A DNA stretch of 63,976 nt, filler included, from Octopus bimaculoides (taxonomy: Eukaryota): the NCBI RefSeq assembly GCF_001194135.2. It is 7 parts of 5 records of this genome, joined end to end, with 100 filler letters (N's around TTAATTAATTAA, not from the genome) between each part and the next. Parts side by side here need not be neighbours in the genome. Positions count along the whole stretch, not along the records: positions 1 to 31,786 come from NC_068984.1; positions 31,887 to 36,507 come from NW_026398135.1; positions 36,608 to 40,942 come from NC_068984.1; 4 more parts are not named here. One strand, given 5' to 3'. The position numbers and the translations under genes are program-made. The notes beneath the pieces were generated by a model, which worked only from the letters and a program-made list of their open reading frames with translations, was not told the DNA's origin and searched no databases. Every line of letters begins with the position of its first letter. Position 1 is the first letter of the stretch. Shown one piece after another: positions 27,691 to 38,910 of this stretch.

Positions 27691-30147
27691 GCTCGCTGTG
27701 TCATACACACACACTGTCTCTCTCGCTATCTTTCTACCTACACAGGTGTAGATAATTTGATAAATGTATGTATGTACATTTACATATACATACAGTTACA
27801 GACATCTCAGCGTGTATATTTGTACATATTCTTATGCACTCAGAAGATGCAATACTTGTGCACACATAGCACAAACTGTTAAACACAAGAAGCTCATTAT
27901 ACGAGAAACAAAACCTTTGAAATAGAATCTCTCTTTGATAAAAGCCAATAGATCAATCACATTGACATTGAAAATGATCGAATCAATATATATTCAATGA
28001 CAGCTGCAGATTTTCTTCCTTTACATCTTATATTCTCTCCCAAACTGTCTTGCAGTTCTTATTCCACTTATATCAAACCATAAATTTAACGTCCACCTCC
28101 TTCAGAATTGATCCATAGATTCGGTACTTAACTCTGGTTTTGTGTAGTGTTAAGAGGAAGAGAGATTTATTCTACTCAAACTGTGCGGAGCTCAAAAATC
28201 TATTTCAGGTATCATAATAGAAGCCTTCAGGTTAAGACCTTGAGATCAAGTGGTTTGAGATTGAGTCGGGTATTTTGAATAAAGTTATGCAAAGAGTCAC
28301 ATCGAAAGTACCCTAGTAGTGAAGTTTGAATTTATGACTCCGGCGATGTTGGTTCAATACGTTACTTATTTGTTCAGTATTCTTTTCCAATATCTTTTGG
28401 AAGATTAATTTCTGCTTAATGCATAGGGTTTTTCGGCGTACCTATCTATCCATATGCTTATAGGGATTTATCTTTAAATTTCATATTTTAATATTCGTCA
28501 TATATGGGAAATAAAACACAAATGTTACTGCTTTATTTTCAGATATGAGAGCAACCATGATAGCGTGCAGATAAATAGATGAGTATTGCTTATCTACTCA
28601 CTGGAATCGCATACATCAGTGATATTTACTTAAGAATTGATCCTTAACAGTAATGTGTATTCTCTCAATATTCCTCCATCATAATACATTGTCTGAAGTC
28701 AGAAGGAAGAGCACATTGAAGAAGATATGTATATATATGCTGAGTGAAGATACTGAGTCTGAATATAAAATAGGATCGCCGTAGTTATAACGCTTTTGAG
28801 AAGTCTATTCGTTTAGTACTTGATGGAGATGTACAGCACCAAAAACAAAAGAAGGAGCAACAACAGTAGCATGAATACGATTAATTTAACATGCTTTACA
28901 TTTTTTTTGAGCTTACCTTTGTATAGAACATTTAAAGATAATAATTTTAGAAACGCTATAATATAAACATCCATTATGTTGTCAAAGATCTCTTCTGGAA
29001 TTGAATCGCAAACGTGGAATAATTGTGCACGCGTCTTGAAATGTGCATTATATGTATGTATATGTACCCGCATACATACATACACACACACATATACATA
29101 TATATATATTCATGTGTGTGTGTGTGTGTGTGTGTGTTAGTGTGCATTTGCGTGCGCATGTCTGTGTAACATGGATGCATATGTGTATATACCGTGCATC
29201 CAAGACATTTGATGCAGGCCAGATGTGACTGATCGTGCAAAAAGGACTGCGGAGAATAGTCTCAACGACCGTTTAGCGTGTACTGGCCGGTAATTGCGTT
29301 CTTATTAACTGCTATACGAGCGTCACGAAGTTTACAGACAACATTTCTTGAATATCTTTGCTTTGCAAATACAATCAATTAGGTTACAGATTGAAAGTGA
29401 AAAAGTTGTTGACTTTCTAAAAGAAATGCCTAGCACTCAGTTAGCTAGAAACCCAACAGACTCATTGAAATTTATTTCCATTAGCAATATGATCAGAGAT
29501 GTCTAAAAGTCTACCGCTGCCCATTCCGCTCATAACAGAGAGAATGTATATCAAGTGATTAGAAAAGAAGTTTCTTCAGCTTCAGCTTCTTTATGGCACT
29601 AAGGGAAGGTGAACTATATCAGATGCTCAAACTCTATCAGAGATCAACCGACAATATCCTAATGTAATTCTACTGAAGTATTATCTTGAAATATAGCGCG
29701 AACTCTCATCTGTCATGTACGACAGATGAGAGTTCCACCGTTTCTTGCTTAATAAGAATATGTTTTGTTTATCGGGATCAAATGTTTGTGTTGTACATTA
29801 GCTCACTCCTTCCATCAAATCCTCATTGCCTGTAGACGTACACGACTTGCCACATGTTAGGTATGGAAGGATAGCGAAACAGTGTGAAATGAGAGGTTAG
29901 AAAATATAAAACAAATTAAAATTGGTCTTTAGAATTCGGTTCCCGCTTGTCGGACACTTACTTGGGGTGCATGCGTTTGTTCGTTCAACGTACTAATTTT
30001 GCCAGACATTATCAATGCATTAGTGTCTAAATCCAATGTTTTCACGGAGATCAACAGTAGCGTATATATTTTATGCATTTAGGTGGATCTACGGCACAAG
30101 ATTACATATATAATTATGTTATTGTAATAATTAAATTATTATTACCA

Positions 30148-31108
30148 GGCGGCGAACTGACAGAGTCGTTAGCACATCAGGTAAAATGCCTAGCGATATT
30201 TTGTCCGTCTTTATTTTCTGAGCTCAAATGCCACCACAGCAGACTTTGCCGTTCATTCTTTTTGGGCTTATGAGATGACAGTTGCGCACTGGAGTCGATA
30301 TAATCGACTTAAGTCTCTCCTCGAAATTGCTTGCTTTGTGCCAAAATTTGACGTCATTATTATATTTGCTTAAATCAACGCATTGATTTAAAGTTGTATC
30401 TAAGTAACTCTTATTAAATTTACTGTATTTCTTTGGCGCTTGGTTAAATGTTATCATGTACATACTTCACCATGTCTGATGACTAGGTCTGTGACAAAGT
30501 TAGAAATAAGTATACTTTATTGTTATTGTCATTTGAACAATATTAATTCCATATTAAATATTGATTTTAAATTTTGGCACAAGGTCAGCAATTTTGAAGA
30601 AGAGGCTAAGTTGATTACATTGACATCAGAGATCGCCTGGTACTTATTTTATCAACCCCGAATGGATGAAAGTCAAATTCGATCCAGCAGTAATGGTGAA
30701 ATGCCGCTAAGCATTTTCCCCGGAGTGCTAACGTTTCTGCAAGTACGCCAACTTATGGTAATTACTTTACCGACCCCGAAATGATAACAGTTAAAGTCGA
30801 CTTCGGCTACATTTGAACTCACAACATAATGACAGATGAAACAACGCTAAGCATCTGGCACAGCGTGTTAACGATTCTACCAGCTCGCCGTCTTACTTTC
30901 TAACTAAATATAAGTTTAAAATTTCGGTGGGTGGGAGCAGCAAGTCCATTGCATCGACACCAATGCTCAACTGGTACTTATTTTATCAATTCCAAGAGGA
31001 GGAAAGGCAAAGTCGCCTTTGATGGACATTGAACACAGAACGTGAAGACAGACGAGATACTGCTAAGCATTTTGATAGGCGTACTAACGATTCTACCAGC
31101 TCGCCGCC
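30148..31108. repeat. Cluster of SINE family A copies: + at 30148-30360; - at about 30568-30892 (compound) and 30916-31108
   Basis: Head motifs ggcggcgaactgacagagtcgttagc (+) and aacgattctaccagctcgccg (-, twice). Confidence 0.8.
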
Positions 31109-31786
31109 CTAATTACCAACTGGATATTAATATACAATAATAACCGAGCGATAACGTGTGCTTGTAATAAAAATACAATGGAAATTGATTAGACGTGAGT
31201 TCTAAGCGCATCTCACCGCCGGATGCAATCTTTTTATTTGGATCATCGAATAGACTGTTTAAGAGACGGCGGTAACTTTGCCTAATCAGATATCAGCAGA
31301 TACAACTTTTATGTGAGGTAATAAAATAGCAAGGTTGTCAGGATAAAATTGATTGATGAGTGACAGTAACTGTTATATATTGCATCGATTGAAAATAAAC
31401 CCAGCCAATACTAGCTTTGTTCGACGCTTTTTGCATTACGGAATTGAACACAACCTCTCTATTCAGCCCCTCCCACACACACACTTACATGGATATATAC
31501 CTATGTACACATGTATTCATACACACGCATTTATATATATATACTTACATATATATATGCATATATTTATATATATATATATACCTGCATACATATATGC
31601 ATATATATTTCTGCATATATGCATATATATACATATAGGTATATACAAACATACATTTATATATACACGAGTATAAATATAAATGTATATATAAGTATGT
31701 ATATATATACATGTATGTATATATATATATGCATGTATGTATATATACACATATATGTATATATGCATACATACACACGTGCATAT

Positions 31787-31886
31787 NNNNNNNNNNNNNN
31801 NNNNNNNNNNNNNNNNNNNNNNNNNNNNNNTTAATTAATTAANNNNNNNNNNNNNNNNNNNNNNNNNNNNNNNNNNNNNNNNNNNN
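31787..31886. other. Artificial 100-bp scaffold linker N44-TTAATTAATTAA-N44 (also 36508-36607, 40943-41042, 47446-47545, 51844-51943, 61503-61602)
   Basis: Six identical copies of exact length; the 12-mer gives stop codons in all six frames. Confidence 0.95.
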
Positions 31887-32486
31887 CGTGAACGACGCTC
31901 CGACGTAGTCGAGTGTGAGAAGTTTCGCGGAAGAAAGAAGCATTGACAAATATATGTACAGATGAATCAAGTGAGAATGCAAGCTGTCAATTTAATAAAG
32001 GTTCAATTGCAAATCTGGAGAATTTAGTAACATCCTAACAGTATTGTTGAAATTGAAATATTCTATAATTGGTGACGAAATAATATTGTTTTAATGGTTC
32101 GCAAAAAATGGAAAGTATTAGTTAGTCAAGCTGAAAATCTTACAAAGATTACGATCAACGTGCTATGGAGAAATTGGTTTTGGTCATATTTATTGTTAAA
32201 TGCAATTACTGTATACTCAAATGAACTGATCACAGAATCCGTTTGAATTTGCCGTCCAAAGAAAATGATATTGAATGATGTAGCAATATTGGACAGGAGA
32301 AATTAATAAGTATGTGTGAGAACTGGTTTAAACTAAATAAAGTTGCCGGATTTTCCACAAAGAAATGTTTTCTTTGTCAGTGATTGATAGATATTGAGTG
32401 AACATGCGGGGACTGATGACAAATTTAGAAACAACGTTTGAAAAAGAATCTATGATTTAGGTACTTCTGTTAATAATAAAACTTAC

Positions 32487-32555
32487 GGGGTTTAGTTGTT
32501 GGTGGAGTTGATACAGTTGATGGAGTGAGTGGTGCCATTGTTGTTCTGATAGGGT
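32487..32555 (-). CDS. Cassette copy 1, exon D (69 bp): linker HPIRTTMAPLTPSTVSTPPTTKP
   Basis: Acceptor ccttctctgttgcag|, donor |gtaagt; phase 1-1. Confidence 0.85.
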
Positions 32556-32690
32556 CTGCAACAGAGAAGGGAAGGCAAAATATTGGATGGAAGGATCATT
32601 TAAATTTCGATGAAATTGTAAATTTATTACATGCAGTAGAAATCGATGTTAATGTATATAACGATGGAAAAGTTGATATTAACTGCTTAC

Positions 32691-32817
32691 GTTTACAGAG
32701 CTTTGCAGAGAGAGACACGAACATATCTTGTAATGGATGGCTTGGCAAAAGTTCAATTTCTACCAAGCTTTGACCATTATGTTGTGGAATGTCTATAGTT
32801 CGATCTGGAGTGGATGT
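32691..32817 (-). CDS. Cassette copy 1, exon C (127 bp): TSTPDRTIDIPQHNGQSLVEIELLPSHPLQDMFVSLSAKLCK
   Basis: Acceptor tttcatttattag|, donor |gtaagc; phase 0 to 1; ends in the closing Cys of the domain. Confidence 0.85.
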
Positions 32818-33049
32818 CTAATAAATGAAATGAAAATTTAATTGAAATAGTCTTCAGCTACATAGAAATTGTGAACATAAAGCAGTTTACATTTTCAAAG
32901 ATTCAAATTATACTATGAATATTATCGATTAAGTTTGCAACAAAAAATCGAATGTTTAAAATGTGACAACTTGGAGCGTTTGAACATTGTATTTTGTAAT
33001 TCGAAATGGTTTTGTGAATAGAACGAAGAAAACAACCGCTAGTGTATAC

Positions 33050-33309
33050 CTTGATTAGGATTTTTGCTGATGGACGGGATATGAAAACTGTATAGGACTT
33101 CACATTCTCGTGTCGAACAAGGCGAATTGAACCTCCGGCATCTAGGTTGGGGCCAATATCTAATGTGATAATCCTCGTGTCATTCGTATTAGTTCTCCAT
33201 GCAAAACCTGGTCTGATGTCACCGGGATTGCCAATTAACGGATTGAGAGAGATGGCTGTATCTGGGATGAAAGATTCATCATCCATCGCTTCTGATATGT
33301 CACACAACA
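33050..33309 (-). CDS. Cassette copy 1, exon B (260 bp): LCDISEAMDDESFIPDTAISLNPLIGNPGDIRPGFAWRTNTNDTRIITLDIGPNLDAGGSIRLVRHENVKSYTVFISRPSAKILIK, N-terminal part of discoidin/F5-8C-like domain
   Basis: Acceptor ttttctttgacag|, donor AAG|gtatac; phase 1 to 0. Motif spacing parallels F5/8 type C domains (C..M....IPD..I; AW; I.LDxG; V.SY.V). Partly overlaps ORF-track entry 32903-33325. Confidence 0.85.
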
Positions 33310-33428
33310 CTGTCAAAGAAAACAATCACCTCTTGTATAATGAGAAATTAAGTCAAACAGTGATTCTGTTGTATATGTGAAAGAAATGAAACAATAGATT
33401 GGCGAGAATTTGTATCCATATAACTCAT

Positions 33429-33491
33429 ATTGTGTGGTGGTGGATGGGCTTGGAGAAACTATTGAAGATCCCATTGCTGTGGCGGCAGGTT
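33429..33491 (-). CDS. Cassette exon A (63 bp): PTS linker (Q)PAATAMGSSIVSPSPSTTTQ; donor reads atgagt instead of gtgagt
   Basis: Acceptor ataatgcag|; 63 bp is phase 1-1 and in frame with D' upstream and B downstream; the donor dinucleotide is non-canonical. Confidence 0.6.
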
Positions 33492-33859
33492 CTGCATTAT
33501 AAATGACGTAATTATAAAATGAACTACAGCAACGTACATGATTTATCTTCAATAAATATGATGCAACTGTAGACTCATTTGCGGCGATATGAAGCGGACA
33601 ATTAAAAGCAATTGTTGATGCGTTGTTTTGAAGGGTAGGAAATATCTGTCGTCACCGCGTTAGAATAACAAGTTGTTTGTTTAAGTCGCGTCTTTTTTGA
33701 GCACGCTTTGATTGTAGAATTGTTGTCTTTTTTATATTGTTCGTTATTGGTATTGTTTTTATTAGTGTTAAAAATTGCTTACGCGACTTGCGCGTAATTG
33801 TTTTCGGCTGCTGTTTTTGTACCCATTGGTGGGTGAAAGAATGTAGCTTTCATTATGGA

Positions 33860-34790
33860 AAACTACGCAAAGACCGCTGTTGTCTGAGGAGGTACGCCGT
33901 TGGAAGGGCAGCATATCAAATTAAACATAGAAGAAACAATAAGAAGCGTACAATGTGTTCAAAGAGAGAGAGAGACGCGATAAAGCTAGTCCCTCTGGAG
34001 GAAACAGTCATGGTGTACCGCACGGTAGCGGTCGCCACCAACAGAATAGAAGTCCTATCAGTGGATGCTGTGGAAGTATGTCTGGGATCCCGAATAAAAA
34101 ATGCAATATTTTAAGCAGAAGAAGCAGAAAACACGGCACGGTGCAGGTGAGGTTTGCCACGAATGAAGAGGCGGCTTCCTATTCCACCACTATTCTACGT
34201 TCAGACAAAGTAGCGCTGCTGCCCACGTATAGAGGCGGACGCAGTGTTCGAATTCGTATAGGAGGAGTGCTACCAGACATAAAGTCAGAGTGGTTGGTGG
34301 CAGCTGTTCTGGCTGTCACCGAGGAGAATCCTGAATTGGGACCATTAGGAAGAACGACCATGTTGAACTGGTGGTGATGCGGTGTCGAGATGTGGTTCTT
34401 TGCCTCTTTCGAAGACATACAAGGAATCCCCTACCAAATAGAGATTACGGGAAAAAATTCACTCAAAGTAATTGTTGAGGATCGTCGACCCAATTGTTAA
34501 GGATATGGAATGAAAAGGCATTTGGTGTCACAATTCTCCAAGCACGAACATCCTCAGAGTGAGAAGATTGTGGAAAAAGAACAAGAAGTGGAAACTGAAG
34601 AAAAAATCGAAACAAAGAAAGACGGAGATGGCAAAAGCGATACAAAGTGCGTCAGAGACACAGAAGAAGAAGAAGTAAACACAGAGGAAGACATAACGAA
34701 AGCGGCAAAGGAGGGGAGTGACGGGTTTGTCAGTGCCAAAAGTTAAAAAAAGGCGAAATCAAGCGTGCATTCGTAAGGACCAGCAGCAGA
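33860..34790 (+). mobile_element. Tx1-like ORF1 remnant (no ORF2) inside the intron of the cassette gene, antisense to it
   Basis: RKHGTVQVRFATNEEA..LLPTYRGGRSVRIRIGGV parallels KFGTIEVRFKVEEEA..LIPSYRSQCLARVRVINV at about 42890; decayed VIVEDRRPNC knuckle lead-in; stops and frameshifts. Confidence 0.65.
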
Positions 34791-35692
34791 AACAGAGAGG
34801 ACGCCCCCAAAAAGGAAATAATCATGCTGATTTCTTACATGAAAATTAAACTAGTTTACATATAATGTCGTGAAAAGAATACGAAAGATGGTGATGAGGT
34901 TTATGTGTGAAGGCGGATGGTGAAGGAGGGGCTGAATTTTAAAGAAAATTCAGAATATAAGGTTTAGAGATATTGGAGAGATTGAGAATTATTATCCATA
35001 TTAAGACGAAAGAAACGAAAACAACGTCGTTTTTATAGCTGAAGGTCGTTTTGAATGATGAATTATTTGTGTGAAAAATTTTGGAAATGCTGTGTGGACG
35101 TCATACGTGAACATCCGTACGTGAACGACGCTCCGACGTAGTCAAGTGTGAGAAGTTTCGCTGAAGAAATAAGCGATGGCAAATATATGTACAGATGAAT
35201 CAAATGAGAATGCAAGTTGTCAATTGAAAACAAGGACAATTGAGAAACATCTTAACAGTATATAACACAAAAATATCGTCGAAAATGTGAAATATTTAGC
35301 AGTTAGGGGCGAGAGAATATTGTTGTAACAGTTCGAAAATAAAAATAACATTAGAATTTCGTCAACTTAAACAGCTTGCAATCCATTACGATCAATGTGC
35401 AATGGAGAAATTGGTTTTGGTCACATTTATTGCTAAATGTAATGACTGTATACTCAAATGAACTGATCACAGAAATATCTCTGAAAATGATGTTGAATAA
35501 GGTAGCAATATATGACACGATGTGTGAGACATGGTTTAAATTAAATAAACGTGCCGGAGTTTTCACAAAGAAACTCTTTTGTGTCAGTGATTAATGTAAA
35601 TTGAGTGAACATGCGATGAGTGATCACGACTTGAGAAAGAATGTTAACACACATTTATGCTTAAGGGCAAGTATGTTAATAGTAAAACTCAC

Positions 35693-35761
35693 GTGGTGTA
35701 GTTGTCGGTTGAGTTGATGCGGTTGCTGAAGTGACTGGTGCTATTGTTGTGGCAATAGGGT
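35693..35761 (-). CDS. Cassette copy 2, exon D' (69 bp): Pro/Thr/Ser linker HPIATTIAPVTSATASTQPTTTP
   Basis: Acceptor ttgcag|, donor |gtgagt; phase 1-1; the preceding intron is 135 bp in both copies. Confidence 0.85.
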
Positions 35762-35896
35762 CTGCAATGTCAAATGGAAGGCAAAATATTCAATGCGAGG
35801 ATCATTTAAATTTACATGAAATTGTAACTAGATTGCATGCGGTAGAAATCGATGTAAATGTATTTAATGATGGGAAATTTGATATAAGCTGCTCAC

Positions 35897-36023
35897 GTTT
35901 GCATAGCTTTGCAGAGACAGATACCAACATATCTTGTGTTGGATCGATTGGGAAAAGTTCAATTTCTACCACAGTTTGACCATTATGTTGTGGAATGGCA
36001 ACTGGTCGTTCTGGAGAGGATTC
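35897..36023 (-). CDS. Cassette copy 2, exon C' (127 bp): ESSPERPVAIPQHNGQTVVEIELFPIDPTQDMLVSVSAKLCK
   Basis: Acceptor ctattag|, donor |gtgagc; phase 0 to 1; same length as exon C; stop-free. Confidence 0.85.
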
Positions 36024-36416
36024 CTAATAGATGAAAGGTAAAATAAACTGAAATAGTCTAGAACAGCAAGAAAAGATGAACTGTATAATTGGTGATTGTT
36101 TTTAGATATCATCAGAAAAAGGTAAATGAAAATCATTAGTTTGTATGTTCCTAAAAAAAATATTTTTTGGTACAATTAGGTAAAGAAAAAAAACTGATAT
36201 AAATATGAAGAGCAGAAAAACGCTGAAAATTATGCCGTTCGTCTTTTCAATGTTTGAAAGTACCCTATAATATGTAAGAATGACTATTATCGATTAATTT
36301 ATGAAAATATATCGAACAATTAATATAGGAAATATCATGAGCTATCAAATAGTGAATGGTGTGATTCAAAACATTGCTGTAAATAGAATGACAAAGAAAG
36401 GGCCACGAGGGAATAC

Positions 36417-36507
36417 CTGGATTTGTGTTTTTGCAGATGGATGTGATATGGAAACATTATAGGATTTCACGTTGTCGTGTTGAACAAGGCGAATTATAGC
36501 GCCAAAA
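36417..36507 (-). CDS. Cassette copy 2, exon B' (3' part, 5' part lost in gap): discoidin/F5-8C-like domain, FGAIIRLVQHDNVKSYNVSISHPSAKTQIQ
   Basis: Open frame homologous to exon B of copy 1 (IRLVRHENVKSYTVFISRPSAK); ends CAG|gtattc, phase 0, at the same position as the copy 1 donor. Confidence 0.8.
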
Positions 36508-36847
36508 NNNNNNNNNNNNNNNNNNNNNNNNNNNNNNNNNNNNNNNNNNNNTTAATTAATTAANNNNNNNNNNNNNNNNNNNNNNNNNNNNNNNNNNNNN
36601 NNNNNNNATATATATATATATATGTATGTATGTATGTATGTTTTAATATTTCACTAAGGCATTGCATCGTTGTGTGAGTTGTGTTCTTCTTTTATATATG
36701 TATATATATATATATACACATATATATGTATGTATAAAAGAACACAAATCACACAATCATGCTGTGTGTGTGTGTGTGTACGTGTGTTTGTGTGTGTGTG
36801 AATGTATGTGTGTATGTATGTATGTATGTATGTATGTATGTATGTAT

Positions 36848-37040
36848 CAGGGCATTTAATCTGGGTGTGCTAGGTATGCACTGCACACCCGTCAAAAATG
36901 GCAAATTCATTATAAATATTAACCTTACTCATTAATTTAATTACAAATCTTAATGGAAGACTTTTGTTATACCCCTGCTTGAAATTTGGTGGAATTGGGT
37001 GTGGCAGCACACCCAATACAACAACCACCATACATCACTG
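36848..37040. mobile_element. Possible hAT-like MITE
   Basis: CAGGG.. and ..CACTG termini; gggtgtg..gcacaccc motif near both ends; no clear TSD (microsatellite flanks). Confidence 0.35.
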
Positions 37041-37110
<70 letters not shown>

Positions 37111-37119
37111 ATGTGTATG

Positions 37120-37222
<103 letters not shown>

Positions 37223-38198
37223 GTATATGTATATAAGTGCATATATGTGTGTATAAATACACATACACACACATGAACACGCAAACATGCACACACAAAT
37301 ATCAATTTTTTTTTTTCCTAGGACATTCCATTGCCGAAGCTAACTAAAAAACTGTTCTGAATTTCTTTATCGATATCTAAGTTAAGTACTCGTGCAGTAA
37401 CATAATAACTGGAATCCTGTCTATTATATTTATTGAAAGAATTTATTTAATCACTTACATGATTCACATGTTAACTAGCTGAATAATAGGTCAGAATTTC
37501 TAATGAAAATGTCTATGCTGAAATATATCATTATTCAGCTGTACCCAAGTATCTTTTATTAGATAGTATTTTGGGAAACATTTACACTAACATAAAGAAA
37601 ATGTAGTTACATACTTGTTTAGTTAATAGTGAATAGTTTTTAATGCAATATTGTCCTATTATATATATATTTTCTTTAGCACATATAGGTATTTATCTAT
37701 GTACAATTTTTTTAATATAGATATTATATGTATGCAAAATATGAGTTTGAAAAATGGAATTTAGGTAATGATATATATATATTTTTTTTTCTTTTCAAAG
37801 TTTCAGCTCAGAGCTGCGGCCATGCTGATGCACCACCGTGGATATATGTAAGTTTTAACCATAAATTTCAACCAGATTTAACTGAAGATATTTTATTGTA
37901 TTATATCATAACTATAAAGTACTTTATTTAACTCATATGTAACTAATTCTATTTAACTCATGTTAAACTCATCACTTAGTTTTGATATATGACATATATA
38001 TACATACATATATGTGTGTGTGGGGGGGGTGCATACGTATGTGAGCAGATATTTTCTGTGCATTATATGAATTACATTTGGTTGTTTCTCTATATGCCTG
38101 TGTATGTGTATTTGTGTATATGTATGTACATGTGTGCATGCGTGTGTATGTGCGTGCCTGTGCATGTGTGTGTGTGCGTATGTATGTGTATGCACGCA

Positions 38199-38235
<37 letters not shown>

Positions 38236-38544
38236 TTTCTTGGTTTTACATTTAAAATTTTTCACCAATAAAGAATTGCTTTTTATCTAGAAACAAGGCT
38301 CTTTCATTGGAATTTAGACATGAAAAGAGTAAACATAAATATCAACATAAATATCTGTATCTATGTGGTTATGTGCACATGCATACATGTGTATATATAA
38401 AGAGAGAGGGGAGGGGGAGAGAGAGGAAGAGAGAGGGGGAGAGAAAGAGAGATGAATACATGCATACATGTATACATAAACACAAATGCATATATATATA
38501 TATATATACATATATATATACATATATATATATANNNNNNNNNN

Positions 38545-38910
38545 GCTTAATATGTTTTGCTAAAATTGTTGTTTCTTTTCAGATATCATCAGAAGTAATT
38601 AAAAGTAATTAAAATTCATTCAAATGACAGATCTGTTGGACTGTCAAAGAGGTAAAATTGTTGGTGCTCGTATGGCAGGTGCTAGCGTAATGGAAACAGC
38701 CAAAATGTTTGGTCTATCAAGAAGTACTTTCTCAAAAGTCATGACAGCATTTGAGAAAGAGGGAAAAACCTCAGTGTCGAAACAAAACTCCGGAAGAAAG
38801 CCAAAACTTTCAGACTTTTGCGCAAATTGTTAGAAAGGATCACAAAAGTACAGCTCCCAAAACTACTGCAGAGCTTAATTACCACCTCAAGAACCCAGTT
38901 TCCACAAAAA
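38545..38910 (+). mobile_element. Tc1-like transposase N-terminal (paired-like HTH) fragment, frameshifted, runs into a gap
   Basis: MTDLLDCQRGKIVGARMAGASVMETAKMFGLSRSTFSKVMTAFEKEGKT..GRKPKLS, then in another frame QIVRKDHKSTAPKTTAELN, typical of Tc1 transposases. Confidence 0.85.

Larger units (their letters stand above)
31887..36507. repeat. Tandem segmental duplication: about 31887-33130 is homologous to about 35119-36507 (period about 3.2-3.4 kb)
   Basis: cgtgaacgacgctccgacgtagtc(g/a)agtgtgagaagtttcgc occurs at 31887 and about 35119; introns and exons align onward from there. Confidence 0.9.

Noticed and set aside
32525-32773. Plus-strand ORFs 32525-32773 and 35731-35979 that resemble each other
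   Set aside because: Antisense shadows of the duplicated minus-strand exons C/D and their intron; splice signals and domain motifs are on the minus strand.
34860-34931. Possible extra 72-bp phase 1-1 exon (PPSPSAFTHKPHHH..) with ag/gt ends
   Set aside because: Joining it to exon A creates TAA, there is no paralogous copy to support it, and the second half is not PTS-like; kept only as a remote alternative.
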